Assembly: GCA_027340875.1 (NCBI GenBank)
Contig: DAIENX010000004.1
Coordinates: 1-57,764, forward strand
Length of the DNA stretch: 57,764 nucleotides
From: Elusimicrobiota bacterium
GTDB lineage: Bacteria; Elusimicrobiota; Elusimicrobia; Elusimicrobiales; UBA9959
Reading direction: 5' to 3'
Shown: positions 19,261 through 28,442 of the stretch, piece by piece
Layout: each line of letters starts with the position of its first letter
Position numbering within the stretch: position 1 is the stretch's first letter
Position numbers and translations under genes: made by a program
Notes under the pieces: model-generated
The model's input: the letters and a program-made list of their open reading frames with translations, nothing else
The model's database searches: none
What the model was told of the DNA's origin: nothing

Positions 19261-19710
19261 TTATTCGGCTATCTTGAGGCCGGCTTCCTTCAGGGCCTTC
19301 TTCGGCAGGCGGAGCACCACCACGCAGCCGTCGTCGGAAGTCCACTCCGTGCGGACCACCTGCGCGCCCTTGATGACCGCGTCTATCTTGGTGGCCAGCA
19401 CCGAGTCGGTCTCGATGGCCTTCTCCACCGTTATGCCGCCCTCGAGCTGCACGCCCTTGATGAAGGAAAGCATGTTGTACTGGCCGTTGACTATGGAAGC
19501 GTTGCGGGAAGTGGCCATACGCTGGGTCTTGTTCTCCAGCGTCTGGTCCGCCGCGCCTATGCCGCGGGCGAAGATGTAGTTCTTGGTGATGCCTTCCTCG
19601 ACCCACTCGCGCTCGATCTCCCCGGTCTTGGAAACGGTGCCTTTGTCCGGGGAAGAACCGCAGCCGGCCGCCAGCAGGCCGGCGGCTATGATGAAGAGAA
19701 CCTTTTTCAT
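19261..19710 (-). CDS. LPP20-like lipoprotein
   Basis: Lipobox LAAGC; ARGIGAA, SRNASIV, IKGVQLEGGITV, IDAVIKGAQVV. RBS AAGGAGG. Confidence 0.75.
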   Translation of the reverse strand: MKKVLFIIAAGLLAAGCGSSPDKGTVSKTGEIEREWVEEGITKNYIFARGIGAADQTLENKTQRMATSRNASIVNGQYNMLSFIKGVQLEGGITVEKAIETDSVLATKIDAVIKGAQVVRTEWTSDDGCVVVLRLPKKALKEAGLKIAE

Positions 19711-19785
19711 GATAAAGCCTCCTTGAGAAACCCTTATGGCCTCAATTCTATAAACAAAACTACGGGGTGTCAATTTGGGGAGCGG

Positions 19786-20418
19786 TCAGAAACGGTAGCC
19801 CAGCATCACCGAGGCGACGCTGTTCCTGATATCGGCCTTGGAGCCGCTGGAATCGTCTATCGTGGAGAGTCCCCTGGTATAACGGCCCTCCAGGAAGATC
19901 GCGCCTCGGCTGGTGTCCATCTCCACCACGCCGCCCAGCACTATTCCGGGGTCGAAGCCGCGTATATGGTCCAGGTTGCCTGAGGAGGAAGTGGTAACGG
20001 TGCGGTCCTCCCCCCTGGCTGAGAGCTTGAACGCGAAGGAGGGCCCTACCAGCAGGGCCGTCCTGGGACCGCTGCGGGGCTCGAAATTGAACCGGGCCAG
20101 CACGGGCAGTTCCAGGTAGGTAAGGCGGATGCGCTCCTCGTATATCTGGCCCAGCAGGTCCCACTTGTAGACGGTCCCTTTCTGCGAGATAAGGACCTCG
20201 GCCTGGACCAGGAAGGGCAGGCCCTCCACGGGAAAATCCAGGTAGCCGCCGGCGACCAGGCCGGAGCGGGAGACCTTCGAATCCCCGGAGTTCGCGTCGG
20301 CGCCCACGAAGGTGGAGATGTTGAGGCCGGTCTTGAGCCCCCCCACCGGCTTGACTGCGGCCGCCGGTGAGGTGAGCGCCGCGATGGCGGCTGCCAGCAA
20401 GAGATATCGCTTTGTCAT
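19786..20418 (-). CDS. Eight-stranded OM beta-barrel (PorT-like / OMP_b-brl_2 type)
   Basis: GLKTGLNIS, QAEVLISQKG, LTYLELPVLARF, VGPSF, EGRYTRGLS, terminal GYRF. Alternative TTG start at 20436. Confidence 0.8.
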   Translation of the reverse strand: MTKRYLLLAAAIAALTSPAAAVKPVGGLKTGLNISTFVGADANSGDSKVSRSGLVAGGYLDFPVEGLPFLVQAEVLISQKGTVYKWDLLGQIYEERIRLTYLELPVLARFNFEPRSGPRTALLVGPSFAFKLSARGEDRTVTTSSSGNLDHIRGFDPGIVLGGVVEMDTSRGAIFLEGRYTRGLSTIDDSSGSKADIRNSVASVMLGYRF

Positions 20419-20432
20419 GTTCCTGGCCTCGC

Positions 20433-21608
20433 TCAATATATCCAGAAGAAGTCGGAATCCGTTTTGGGCTTTGCGGCCGGCTTGACGGCAGGGCGGGCCG
20501 CGGGCTGCTTCTTCTCCGGCTCAGGGGCCGGCGCGCGGAACTGGCGAGCCTTCTTCTTCAGCTCGGCCGTGCGCCAGCCCGCGAACTTATAGGAGAAGGA
20601 CACCTCTGAGGTATTATAGACCTCTCCGGCGACCGACATGCCGAAGTCCAGCGCGAAGCTCTCGTAATGGACTCCCAGTCCCAGCGCGAGACCTTTATTA
20701 TCGTCCATCCCCTTGTAACCGAGCCTGAAGCTGAACATCTCCTGGAAATGGTATTCCAGGCCGGCCCGCAGGCTCTTCAGCTGCTCCTGCAGGTACATAT
20801 CCAGGTCCACCGCCAGCAGCAGTGACTGCGACATGACGGTAGGCGGCTGCCAGGCGGCGCCGACGCGCAGAATGGAGGGCAGCGGCGTGTCCTCCTTGTA
20901 ATATTTGAGACCCGAGCCGAAATTGGAAAGAGAAACGCCCATGGAGAGGCCCGAGTTAAGGTCCCGCATCAGCCAGCCGCCGTCTATGGCGAAAGCGGAG
21001 GCGGAATAGGTTTCCAGCAGCTCGGAACCGACGTACTTGGCGGAAAGGCCGAGATACTGCTCCATGTTGGCCTTATAGCCCTCCAGGTTCACCTCGCCCG
21101 CGAAAACCTTCTCGCCGTAGCTCAGCGCCAGCACCTTGGTGGACTCGGCGTTCATGCTGTACTCACCCACCGTCCCGCCGGCGCCGATGGGGCGGTAGAC
21201 GAACTTGCCGCCGTCGGAGAACAGCGCGGACACGCCGAAGCCGGGCTTGTCGTAGCCGGCCAGCCCCTGGAACTGCAGCGGCAGGACGAAGGAGAGATGC
21301 TGGAGGCTGGAATCCTCGAAGCCGGAATAGTACATCGCCGAGGCTTCGGGCATGTAGAGCTGCCCCAGACCCGCCGGATTATAGGCCGGCGAGTAGGCGT
21401 CGTCGGCCACGGCCGTGAAAGCGCCGCCCATGCCGGCGGCCCGCGGGCTGAAATCGTTCTTCAGGACCTGCACGCCGGCGGAGCCCGGCCCCCCGGCGTG
21501 GAGGCCGGAAGCGGCGAAGAACAGGGCGCCGGCCGCGAGCAGGGCGGCGAGCGGCTTCCCGCTCCGGCAGCGGGCCGCTTCGATCGTGCTGGTCATCGTG
21601 GCGTTCAT
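20433..21608 (-). CDS. PorV/PorQ-like (FadL-fold) OM beta-barrel
   Basis: SPRAAGMGGAFTAVADDAYSPAYNPAGL, AFAIDGG, SLSNFG, LPSILRVG, GLEY, FRLGY. Confidence 0.82.
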   Translation of the reverse strand: MNATMTSTIEAARCRSGKPLAALLAAGALFFAASGLHAGGPGSAGVQVLKNDFSPRAAGMGGAFTAVADDAYSPAYNPAGLGQLYMPEASAMYYSGFEDSSLQHLSFVLPLQFQGLAGYDKPGFGVSALFSDGGKFVYRPIGAGGTVGEYSMNAESTKVLALSYGEKVFAGEVNLEGYKANMEQYLGLSAKYVGSELLETYSASAFAIDGGWLMRDLNSGLSMGVSLSNFGSGLKYYKEDTPLPSILRVGAAWQPPTVMSQSLLLAVDLDMYLQEQLKSLRAGLEYHFQEMFSFRLGYKGMDDNKGLALGLGVHYESFALDFGMSVAGEVYNTSEVSFSYKFAGWRTAELKKKARQFRAPAPEPEKKQPAARPAVKPAAKPKTDSDFFWIY

Positions 21609-21613
21609 TCTGC

Positions 21614-24600
21614 TTACCTTATAACGGCGATCTTGACGACCTTGTCCAGACCGGCGCCTTTGGTCCGGACGAAATAGATGCCCGAGGCGGCCTTCCCGCC
21701 GTTGGAGTTGGTCCCGTCCCACTCTACCGAGCCGCGGCCGGCCGGTATGGCCCCGTCGAAGACGGTCTTCACGAGCGAGCCTGCCTGGGTGTAGACCTTG
21801 ATGGACAGGTTGCCGGGCGACAGGGTCTCGTACTTGATGATGGCCGTGCTGCCGGCGGAGATGATGTTGTTGTAAGCCGTCACCTCGTTGCGGTTGGCGG
21901 TAAGGTTAAGAGGGTTGGAAACGCCTAGGGAGAGGACGTGGCCGAGGTGATTGCGGCCGAAGACCTCCAGGTATACCGTTCCTACCCCCGGGTAGCGGGC
22001 AGCGAAGCCTGGCTGCAGCCGGACACGGCTGGAGATGAGCGTGCGGCCGAGGACGTCCAGGTTGCCGGATGCCGCGTTCACCGGACCGGAGACTGCCATG
22101 TAGGAGCCGGAGGCGTTGGTCTTGGTCAGCTCTATCGGCTGGAAGTTGTGGTCCCGGAGCTGGGCGTACTCGAATATCAGTTCCGAGCCCGGATCATAAC
22201 TCCCCCCGTTCGGATCGTGCCCTGTCGTAGCGCCGGAAAAGGTGGAGGACGAAAGTGAGCCGGCCGCCGGGAAGTAGGGGTACGGCACGTCGAAGGAGAT
22301 CTCGTCGCTGTCATAGAGCGCCGCGTAGATGCGGGCCGTGGCCGTCCCCTGCTCCTTCCTTGAGAAGGCCAGGGTATATTCCGAGGTCGAATTGGCTTCC
22401 GAATTGCCGTAATACTGGTTGGGCGCGGCGGAGATAACCAGGTAGTACCTCCCGCCCCCGAACGGCACGGTGTAGTTCAGCTTGACGGACGGGGACAGGG
22501 TATAGCACTGTCCGCTGTCGCCGCAGGCGCCGCCGCCGGTGCCGTAAATGTCGGGAACGGCCTCGGTGACGTACTGGCGGGCGGAGTCGAAGAGGAACAT
22601 GGCGTAGGCGTAGTAGACCCCGTCGGTGCCGCTCATCGGCAGCGAGAGCGAGGCCGAGAACGGTCCCGCGGCCAGCGGTATCGAATAATAATCCACGTCG
22701 CCGAGAGGATAGACGGTGGCCGAGAGGGACGAGAGACTGCTCACGTCGGTGGCGCACTCGGGGCCGTTGTTACTGTCGCACATCGCGGAGGAACCAGAGG
22801 TCTCGTACGTATCCCCTCCGGCCGAAGTCCCGATGCCGTGGGCCGAGAAAGCCGAGGTTATCTTTCCCTTTACGGTGGCGTCGCACTGGCCCGGCCACTT
22901 CGCGTCCATCTGGGTGCACGCGTCTATCATCGCGTCGTAGAAGTTGGCGAAGTCGTCCGGGAAGTAGAACAGGGCGGCGAAAGCCAGGATCTCGGCCCTC
23001 GTCCTGCCGCTGAAGCTGCCGGCGGAGAACGCGCCGAGGTAGTAGCCCGCGGCGTTGGGATTGCCCAGCTTGTAGAGCGCCTGGGACAGGAGCAGGCCGT
23101 CCTCGTGCACCTCGCCGTACCAGTCGCTTGGGAACGTGCGGGCCACGGTGGGTTTGCCCGAGCCGGAGATATCGCGGGCCGCGCCCTCTCCGGCCCCGAC
23201 GAAATTGCCGAGGGTCACCTGGCTCGTATAGCCCTCGCGCCAGAAAGAGGCCAGCGAGAAGAAGTCCGCGAGGCCTTCGCTGATGGCGCCGAACTCTCCG
23301 AAGTTGATGATCGGGTAGATCCTGTCGACCACGAGATGCATGTACTCGTGGCGGACTATGGTGCCGTCCAGCGCGAAGGAACGGTATTTCCCGTGATAGT
23401 CGATGAAGCCGTCGCCTAACATGATGTGGCCTTTCTCAAGGTCGTAGAAGCCGTTGAGCATGCCGTTGCAGCCGCCGCCGCAGCCGCCGAGAGAGTCCGG
23501 CTCTCCGCTGGCATGCACCATGACCGGCACCTGGGCCGAGAGGTTGGCGGCCGGGGTACCGCCGTTATAGTGGTCGATGTTTATCCCGTCGAAGTAGCGG
23601 TGGACGGCGTTGAGATGGTAGAAGGCGTTGACCTCGGAAAGCCCGTTCGAGCCTCCCAGAGAGACGTCCGTATAGACCGTGGAGGTGCTGCCTCCCACGT
23701 TCAGGGTGGCGGTGCGGGTGGACCACAGTATCGCGCCATTCGTATTGTTGGTGGTCAAAGGCTGTGCCGTCAGCACGAGGTAGCTGGAGATATCCACCGT
23801 GAAGCCGTCGCCGGTGCCGGAGGCGTCCGACTGCAGGCCCACGGAGTAGGTCGGGTTCTCCACCGAGGCGCCGAAGAAGGGCGCTGTGCGGGTGCCTATA
23901 TACGCGCCGGCCACGAGGGCCCCGTTCTTTACCTGCACTGTGTCCTCGTCGGAGACCGAGCCGTAGGGGTCCATGGCCCCCGCGCTGAAGGCCAAGAACC
24001 GGGGCATCACCTTGGCGAAGGCGCCGGAGGGATAGACGCCGTTCCAGTCCGAGGTGTTGACCGTGGCGGAGTAGGAGTACGACGTGGAATTGGAATACGG
24101 ATGGGGCGTCGAGAGCGGGGTGGCCTTGGTGAGCCATACCCCGGAGCCGTTGTCGAAGTGGGCGCTGGCTCCGCGGTAGTTGGTGACCGAGAAATAGGGT
24201 CCCTTCAGCGAGGAGAACACCTTGCCGGCCTGCTGCGCGCAATAATCGCCGTAGGAATTGGTGACGGTCACACTGGAGACGCCTCCCACCCAGACGTACT
24301 GGTCGCGCAGAGAGGCGGAGACGGGGGTGTCCCAGAGATACTCCTGGACGTCGAGGCTGCCCAGCGCGCTGGAGGTGTAGCCCGGCAGCGGCGAAATAGC
24401 GTAGACGGTGCCCGAGGAGGTGCCGTAGGTGTTGTAGGCAGTGCCGTCGCAGAAGTAGCGCAGGTCGTCGTAACGGTACAGCACGGACCCGTCCAGCGCG
24501 TCGATGTAGTAGACCCATAGCCCCCTGGCCCGGCCGCGGACCTTCCAGGCCAGTTTCAGCTTGCCGGAGGCCTCGTCCGGATAGATCACGAGCTCTGCCC

Positions 24601-25171
24601 TGGATACCCGGAGCGGAGAGCCGTAGCTTGCCGCGGCGGCGATAGCCGCTCCTTCCTCGGAGATAACGGGGGTCGTGTTGGCCGGCAGTTCGGGCTCTAT
24701 CCTGCCCTGGTAGCCTGAGACCTCTCCGGACGGAGAGACATGGACGCGGGCATAGGAGAATTCTACGGGGATCCCGTCCTTGTACTGCTGGTACTGGAGA
24801 TGGGTGACGCCCATGAACTCGCGCTTCAGGACCAGCCGCAGGGACGCCGGATCGGTCTTAAGGAGTTCTTTATTATCTGTAAAGAAAGCGATAGCTGCCT
24901 GCTCGGGGGCCCCGGGGTAGCGCGTGGTCCGCCCGCCGGTTATGGCCTCCGGCAGCGCGGTGCGCGGATTGTAGCGCACCTTCCAGCGGCCGCCGTTCTT
25001 CTTGGAGAATTCCCGGAACGCCTGCCTGGCCGCCGGGGACGGGGTCTTGCGCACCTTGCGCATGGAGTCGGCGAGGGGCGACGGGACCCTCTCCCGCGCC
25101 GTCCGGGCAGCGGAAGGCCAGGTCCACGCGCATAGCAGGGCGGCAGCAAGCAGTATGGTTCGTCTCAGCAT
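21614..25171 (-). CDS. Secreted M4/M36 zinc metallopeptidase with propeptide and C-terminal FlgD-Ig/T9SS-CTD-like domain
   Basis: Signal peptide; FTP/PepSY propeptide (YQQYKDGIPV, YYIDALDGSVL); HEYMH and GAISEGLADFF; EVHEDG; PPC-like DVDYY; C-terminus WDGTNSNGGKAASGIYFV...KIAVIR. Confidence 0.88.
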   Translation of the reverse strand: MLRRTILLAAALLCAWTWPSAARTARERVPSPLADSMRKVRKTPSPAARQAFREFSKKNGGRWKVRYNPRTALPEAITGGRTTRYPGAPEQAAIAFFTDNKELLKTDPASLRLVLKREFMGVTHLQYQQYKDGIPVEFSYARVHVSPSGEVSGYQGRIEPELPANTTPVISEEGAAIAAAASYGSPLRVSRAELVIYPDEASGKLKLAWKVRGRARGLWVYYIDALDGSVLYRYDDLRYFCDGTAYNTYGTSSGTVYAISPLPGYTSSALGSLDVQEYLWDTPVSASLRDQYVWVGGVSSVTVTNSYGDYCAQQAGKVFSSLKGPYFSVTNYRGASAHFDNGSGVWLTKATPLSTPHPYSNSTSYSYSATVNTSDWNGVYPSGAFAKVMPRFLAFSAGAMDPYGSVSDEDTVQVKNGALVAGAYIGTRTAPFFGASVENPTYSVGLQSDASGTGDGFTVDISSYLVLTAQPLTTNNTNGAILWSTRTATLNVGGSTSTVYTDVSLGGSNGLSEVNAFYHLNAVHRYFDGINIDHYNGGTPAANLSAQVPVMVHASGEPDSLGGCGGGCNGMLNGFYDLEKGHIMLGDGFIDYHGKYRSFALDGTIVRHEYMHLVVDRIYPIINFGEFGAISEGLADFFSLASFWREGYTSQVTLGNFVGAGEGAARDISGSGKPTVARTFPSDWYGEVHEDGLLLSQALYKLGNPNAAGYYLGAFSAGSFSGRTRAEILAFAALFYFPDDFANFYDAMIDACTQMDAKWPGQCDATVKGKITSAFSAHGIGTSAGGDTYETSGSSAMCDSNNGPECATDVSSLSSLSATVYPLGDVDYYSIPLAAGPFSASLSLPMSGTDGVYYAYAMFLFDSARQYVTEAVPDIYGTGGGACGDSGQCYTLSPSVKLNYTVPFGGGRYYLVISAAPNQYYGNSEANSTSEYTLAFSRKEQGTATARIYAALYDSDEISFDVPYPYFPAAGSLSSSTFSGATTGHDPNGGSYDPGSELIFEYAQLRDHNFQPIELTKTNASGSYMAVSGPVNAASGNLDVLGRTLISSRVRLQPGFAARYPGVGTVYLEVFGRNHLGHVLSLGVSNPLNLTANRNEVTAYNNIISAGSTAIIKYETLSPGNLSIKVYTQAGSLVKTVFDGAIPAGRGSVEWDGTNSNGGKAASGIYFVRTKGAGLDKVVKIAVIR

Positions 25172-25172
25172 A

Positions 25173-26270
25173 TCACTTCCGCTCGGCGGTCCGCAGGATG
25201 TACAGGGCGCCGTAAAGCTTGACCTTGGTGTCGGGGTCGTCCAGCGCCGCGGCCAGCAGCGGCAGGGACTTGTCCTCCGGGAACGAGGCCGCCACTTCCA
25301 GGGCCTCCAGCCTGACGTCGGGACTGGCCGCCGTCATGGCGTCGCGGGCCACGGAGATGTCCGTCGGGGCGCCGGAGAGCATCAGAGCTCTCTGCGCCGC
25401 TATCCGCATGCGGACGTCCTTGTCCTGGGAGGAAATGGCGGTCAGCCTGGCAAGGACCTTGTCGTCCTTTATCCCCCCCAGCGCCGAGACGGCCTTGTAG
25501 CGTATGGTGGGGTTGTCGTCCTCCGTCAGTTTCAGGAGTTCCGGCGAGGCGCCCTTCTTACCGGGGGAACAGGCCAGAGCGTCCAGGGCGGCCATGCGCA
25601 CGCGGACGGAATCCCCGCTTGCGGCCACCTTGGCCAGCGGGGCGACGGCATCCTTGCTGCAGATGCTGGCGAAAAGGGTGGCCGCGTTATAGCGGATAGC
25701 CTCGTCCTGATCGGAAAGCGCGTCCAGGAAAAGCGCAAGTTCGTCCTCGTGCCCGAGGCGGGCCAGCTCCTTGCCGGCCGCGTCCCTTATCGTGCCGTAG
25801 TTGTCGTTCTTGAGCTTGTAGAGCAGGTCGGCCGCCTTGTCGCCGCGCATCCAGGCGTAGGCCTCCATTGCCTTCTCACGTATCCTGTTCTGGGAAATTA
25901 TCTTGAGCTCCACCAGCGGCGTATTGGTGACCGCCACCGGCCCCTGCGCCGGGACGTCGTCTATGATAGCCTGCAGCGTCTTGATACCCGCGGGGCTGCC
26001 TATCCGCCAGAGAGAGCGGGCCGCCGCTATACGCACGTGCTTGTCGCGGTCCTGCAGCATCTTCCTCAGCATGCCCGAGGCGGCCTTGTTCCCCGCCTCC
26101 CCCAGCACCTCCACGGCCAGGCCGCGGACCTCGGAATCATCGTTCTTGAGGAAATCCACCACCGACTGCAGAGCCCTGTGGCCGAGCTCTTTTTTCGACG
26201 GCGGCTGCGCCTGCCCGGGAAGGGCGGCCAGCGAGACTATCACGGGCACCAGCAGTGAGACCATGTACAA
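25173..26270 (-). CDS. HEAT/PBS-lyase repeat protein with signal peptide
   Basis: Repeats such as DDDSEVRGLAVEVLG, DRDKHVRIAAARSL, DDNPTIRYKAVSALG. Hydrophobic N-terminus. Confidence 0.88.
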   Translation of the reverse strand: MYMVSLLVPVIVSLAALPGQAQPPSKKELGHRALQSVVDFLKNDDSEVRGLAVEVLGEAGNKAASGMLRKMLQDRDKHVRIAAARSLWRIGSPAGIKTLQAIIDDVPAQGPVAVTNTPLVELKIISQNRIREKAMEAYAWMRGDKAADLLYKLKNDNYGTIRDAAGKELARLGHEDELALFLDALSDQDEAIRYNAATLFASICSKDAVAPLAKVAASGDSVRVRMAALDALACSPGKKGASPELLKLTEDDNPTIRYKAVSALGGIKDDKVLARLTAISSQDKDVRMRIAAQRALMLSGAPTDISVARDAMTAASPDVRLEALEVAASFPEDKSLPLLAAALDDPDTKVKLYGALYILRTAERK

Positions 26271-26351
26271 ATTGTAATGTTCCTTGTTTTCGGTATGGTT
26301 AACTTTTGATTACAAAATAGTTACACATAAACCGCGCTGACCCCGCAAAGC

Positions 26352-26428
26352 TGGTGCCCCCTAGAGGACTCGAACCTCTAACCTACTGCTTCGAAGGCAG
26401 CCGCTCTATCCAGTTGAGCTAAGGGGGC
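26352..26428 (-). tRNA. tRNA-Arg(TCG)
   Basis: GCCCCCT TA GCTC-AACTGGATA-GAGC G GCTGC-CTTCGAA-GCAGT AGGTT AGAGG-TTCGAGT-CCTCT AGGGGGC ACCA. 77 nt, A20 Arg identity base, encoded CCA. Confidence 0.96.
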
Positions 26429-26566
26429 AACTGTCGCACGGCGGGTCCGGCAGCGCGCGGCGCGGTTGAGTAAGGCAGCTTCATTATTATATAATTTATT
26501 TATCGCGTGCGTAAAAGACCGCGGTCTATCTAAGCAGAACCCCATTAGCGGGCAAGGAGTTCCACC

Positions 26567-27319
26567 ATGGGCGGACATTCTCATTGGGCTGGTATCAAGC
26601 ATAAGAAGGCGATCACGGACGCCAAAAGAGGCAAGGTCTGGACCAAGATCATCAAGGAGATCAGCATAGCCGCCAGGATGGGCGGCGGCAAGGTGGAGGA
26701 CAACCCGCGCCTGCGCAAAGCCGTTGACGACGCGAAGGCCGCCAACATGCCGCTCGACAACGTCAAACGCGCCATCAACCGCGGCACCGGCCAGGAGCCC
26801 GGCGTCACCTACGAGGAGATCACCTACGAGGGTTACGGTCCCGGCGGCATCGCCGTCATCATCAACGTCACTACCGACAGCAAGAACCGCGCCGCCAGCG
26901 AGATACGCAAGATCCTCGACAACCACGGCGGCAACATGGGTTCGGCCGGCTGCGTCGCCTGGATGTTCGAGCAGAAGGGTTTCCTCACCGTCAAGAAGGC
27001 AGACTCCAACGAGGACGAGCTGATGAACCTGGTCCTCGAGATCGGCGCAGAGGACTTCCGCTCCCCCGAGGGCGAGGAGTTCGAGATCGTCACCGCCCCG
27101 CAGGACTTCGACGCGGTCAAAGGCAAGCTGGAGGCAAAGAAGGTCCCGCTGGCCTCCGCCGAGGTAACGATGCTCCCGAAGAACGAGGTCAACGTCGGCT
27201 CGGACAAGGCCCAGCAGGTACTGGACCTGATGGAGGAGCTCGAGGACCACGACGACGTGCAGAAGGTCTACTCCAACTTCAATATTCCGGACGAGATCAT
27301 AGCCAAGCTGGACAAATAG
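26567..27319 (+). CDS. yebC: YebC/PmpR family protein
   Basis: MGGHSHWAGIKHKK, YEGYGPGG, LEDHDDVQKVYSN. Confidence 0.97.
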   Translation: MGGHSHWAGIKHKKAITDAKRGKVWTKIIKEISIAARMGGGKVEDNPRLRKAVDDAKAANMPLDNVKRAINRGTGQEPGVTYEEITYEGYGPGGIAVIINVTTDSKNRAASEIRKILDNHGGNMGSAGCVAWMFEQKGFLTVKKADSNEDELMNLVLEIGAEDFRSPEGEEFEIVTAPQDFDAVKGKLEAKKVPLASAEVTMLPKNEVNVGSDKAQQVLDLMEELEDHDDVQKVYSNFNIPDEIIAKLDK

Positions 27320-27322
27320 AAC

Positions 27323-27835
27323 GTGAGGATACTAGGCATAGATCCGGGGCTCGACAGGACCGGCTGGGCCGTGCTGGAGAAGCAGGGCCCGGCGGCTCCT
27401 TCGCTCTCCGCCTCGGGCCTGGTCCACACCCCCAAGGAAGCTCCGCTGGAGAGGCGCCTGGTGGCCATCTACGACGCCTTCGCCGAGCTGATAGCCGAGC
27501 ATTGTCCGGAGGAGGCCGCGATAGAGGAGGTGTTCTTTTCCAAGCGCGCGGACACCCAGGCCAACACTACGCACGCCAGGGGCGTCATACTGCTCGCCTG
27601 CGCCAAGGCGGGCATCCCCATCTATCCCTACAATCCCAAGGTCATAAAGAAGACGGTCTCAGGCAGCGGCACCGCCGAGAAACGCCAGATGCAGCGCGTG
27701 GTGCAGCTTACGCTTAAGCTGGACGCCCCCCCGCAGCCGGACGATGTGGCCGACGCCATGGCCGCCGGCCTCTGCCATCTGCGTCTGGCCCCGTTCGCCA
27801 GGGCCGTTGCCGCGGCCAGGAGGGGCGCATGCTAG
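27323..27835 (+). CDS. ruvC: Holliday junction resolvase
   Basis: ILGIDPG, IEEVFF, ARGVI, DDVADAMA. Confidence 0.95.
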   Translation: MRILGIDPGLDRTGWAVLEKQGPAAPSLSASGLVHTPKEAPLERRLVAIYDAFAELIAEHCPEEAAIEEVFFSKRADTQANTTHARGVILLACAKAGIPIYPYNPKVIKKTVSGSGTAEKRQMQRVVQLTLKLDAPPQPDDVADAMAAGLCHLRLAPFARAVAAARRGAC

Positions 27836-28440
27836 CGTACCTGCGCGGCCGCATCGTATCCAAGGGCGAGGAAAGCGCCGTAATAGAGGTCAACGGGCTC
27901 GGCTACGAGGTCTTCTTCTGTTCCCCCTCGCTTGAGGACCTCGGGCCGGAGGGCTCCTCCGCCGAGGTCTTCCTGGCCGAATCGATCAGCATGTACGGCG
28001 GCACCGCCCTCTACGGCTTCCGCACCAGGGAGGAGAAGCTGCTGTTCGACCTGCTGCGCGACGCCGTCCCCAATACCGGCGCTAAAAAAGCCCTGGACTA
28101 CCTCGGCAAAGCCGTACGCTCCATGCCCGAGTTCGCCGCCGCCGTGGCGGCCAGGGACCCCAAGCGCCTGACCGCGATCTTCGGCTTCACGGCCAAGACC
28201 GCCGACAAGCTTATCGCGGCGCTGAAGGACAAGCTCCCCGGCGCTCTCCCCGCGTACGCCGGGCCTCACGCGCAGGTAATCTCAGGCTCCTACGCGCAGG
28301 CCATGAGCGCACTGGCGGCGCTCGGCTTCAGGGCCTCCGAGGCCAGGGCGGCCCTCGAGGACGCCGCGGCCGAAGCCCCTGCCGGAGCGGCGGCCGAGGT
28401 CATCATACGCCTGGCGCTCAAGCGCCTTTCCCCCAAATAA
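27829..28440 (+). CDS. ruvA: Holliday junction branch migration protein
   Basis: [18 protein letters not shown]...EKLLF, ALAALGF; lies between ruvC and ruvB. Confidence 0.92.
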   Translation: MLAYLRGRIVSKGEESAVIEVNGLGYEVFFCSPSLEDLGPEGSSAEVFLAESISMYGGTALYGFRTREEKLLFDLLRDAVPNTGAKKALDYLGKAVRSMPEFAAAVAARDPKRLTAIFGFTAKTADKLIAALKDKLPGALPAYAGPHAQVISGSYAQAMSALAALGFRASEARAALEDAAAEAPAGAAAEVIIRLALKRLSPK

Positions 28441-28442
28441 CG

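Noticed and set aside
17400..26428. Genomic island integrated at tRNA-Arg
   Set aside because: No integrase, no duplicated tRNA 3' end seen, and codon style matches the core genes.
26516..26527. Perfect palindrome AGACCGCGGTCT upstream of yebC-ruvCAB as an SOS-type operator
   Set aside because: Single occurrence, GC-rich, and no match to LexA boxes I know.
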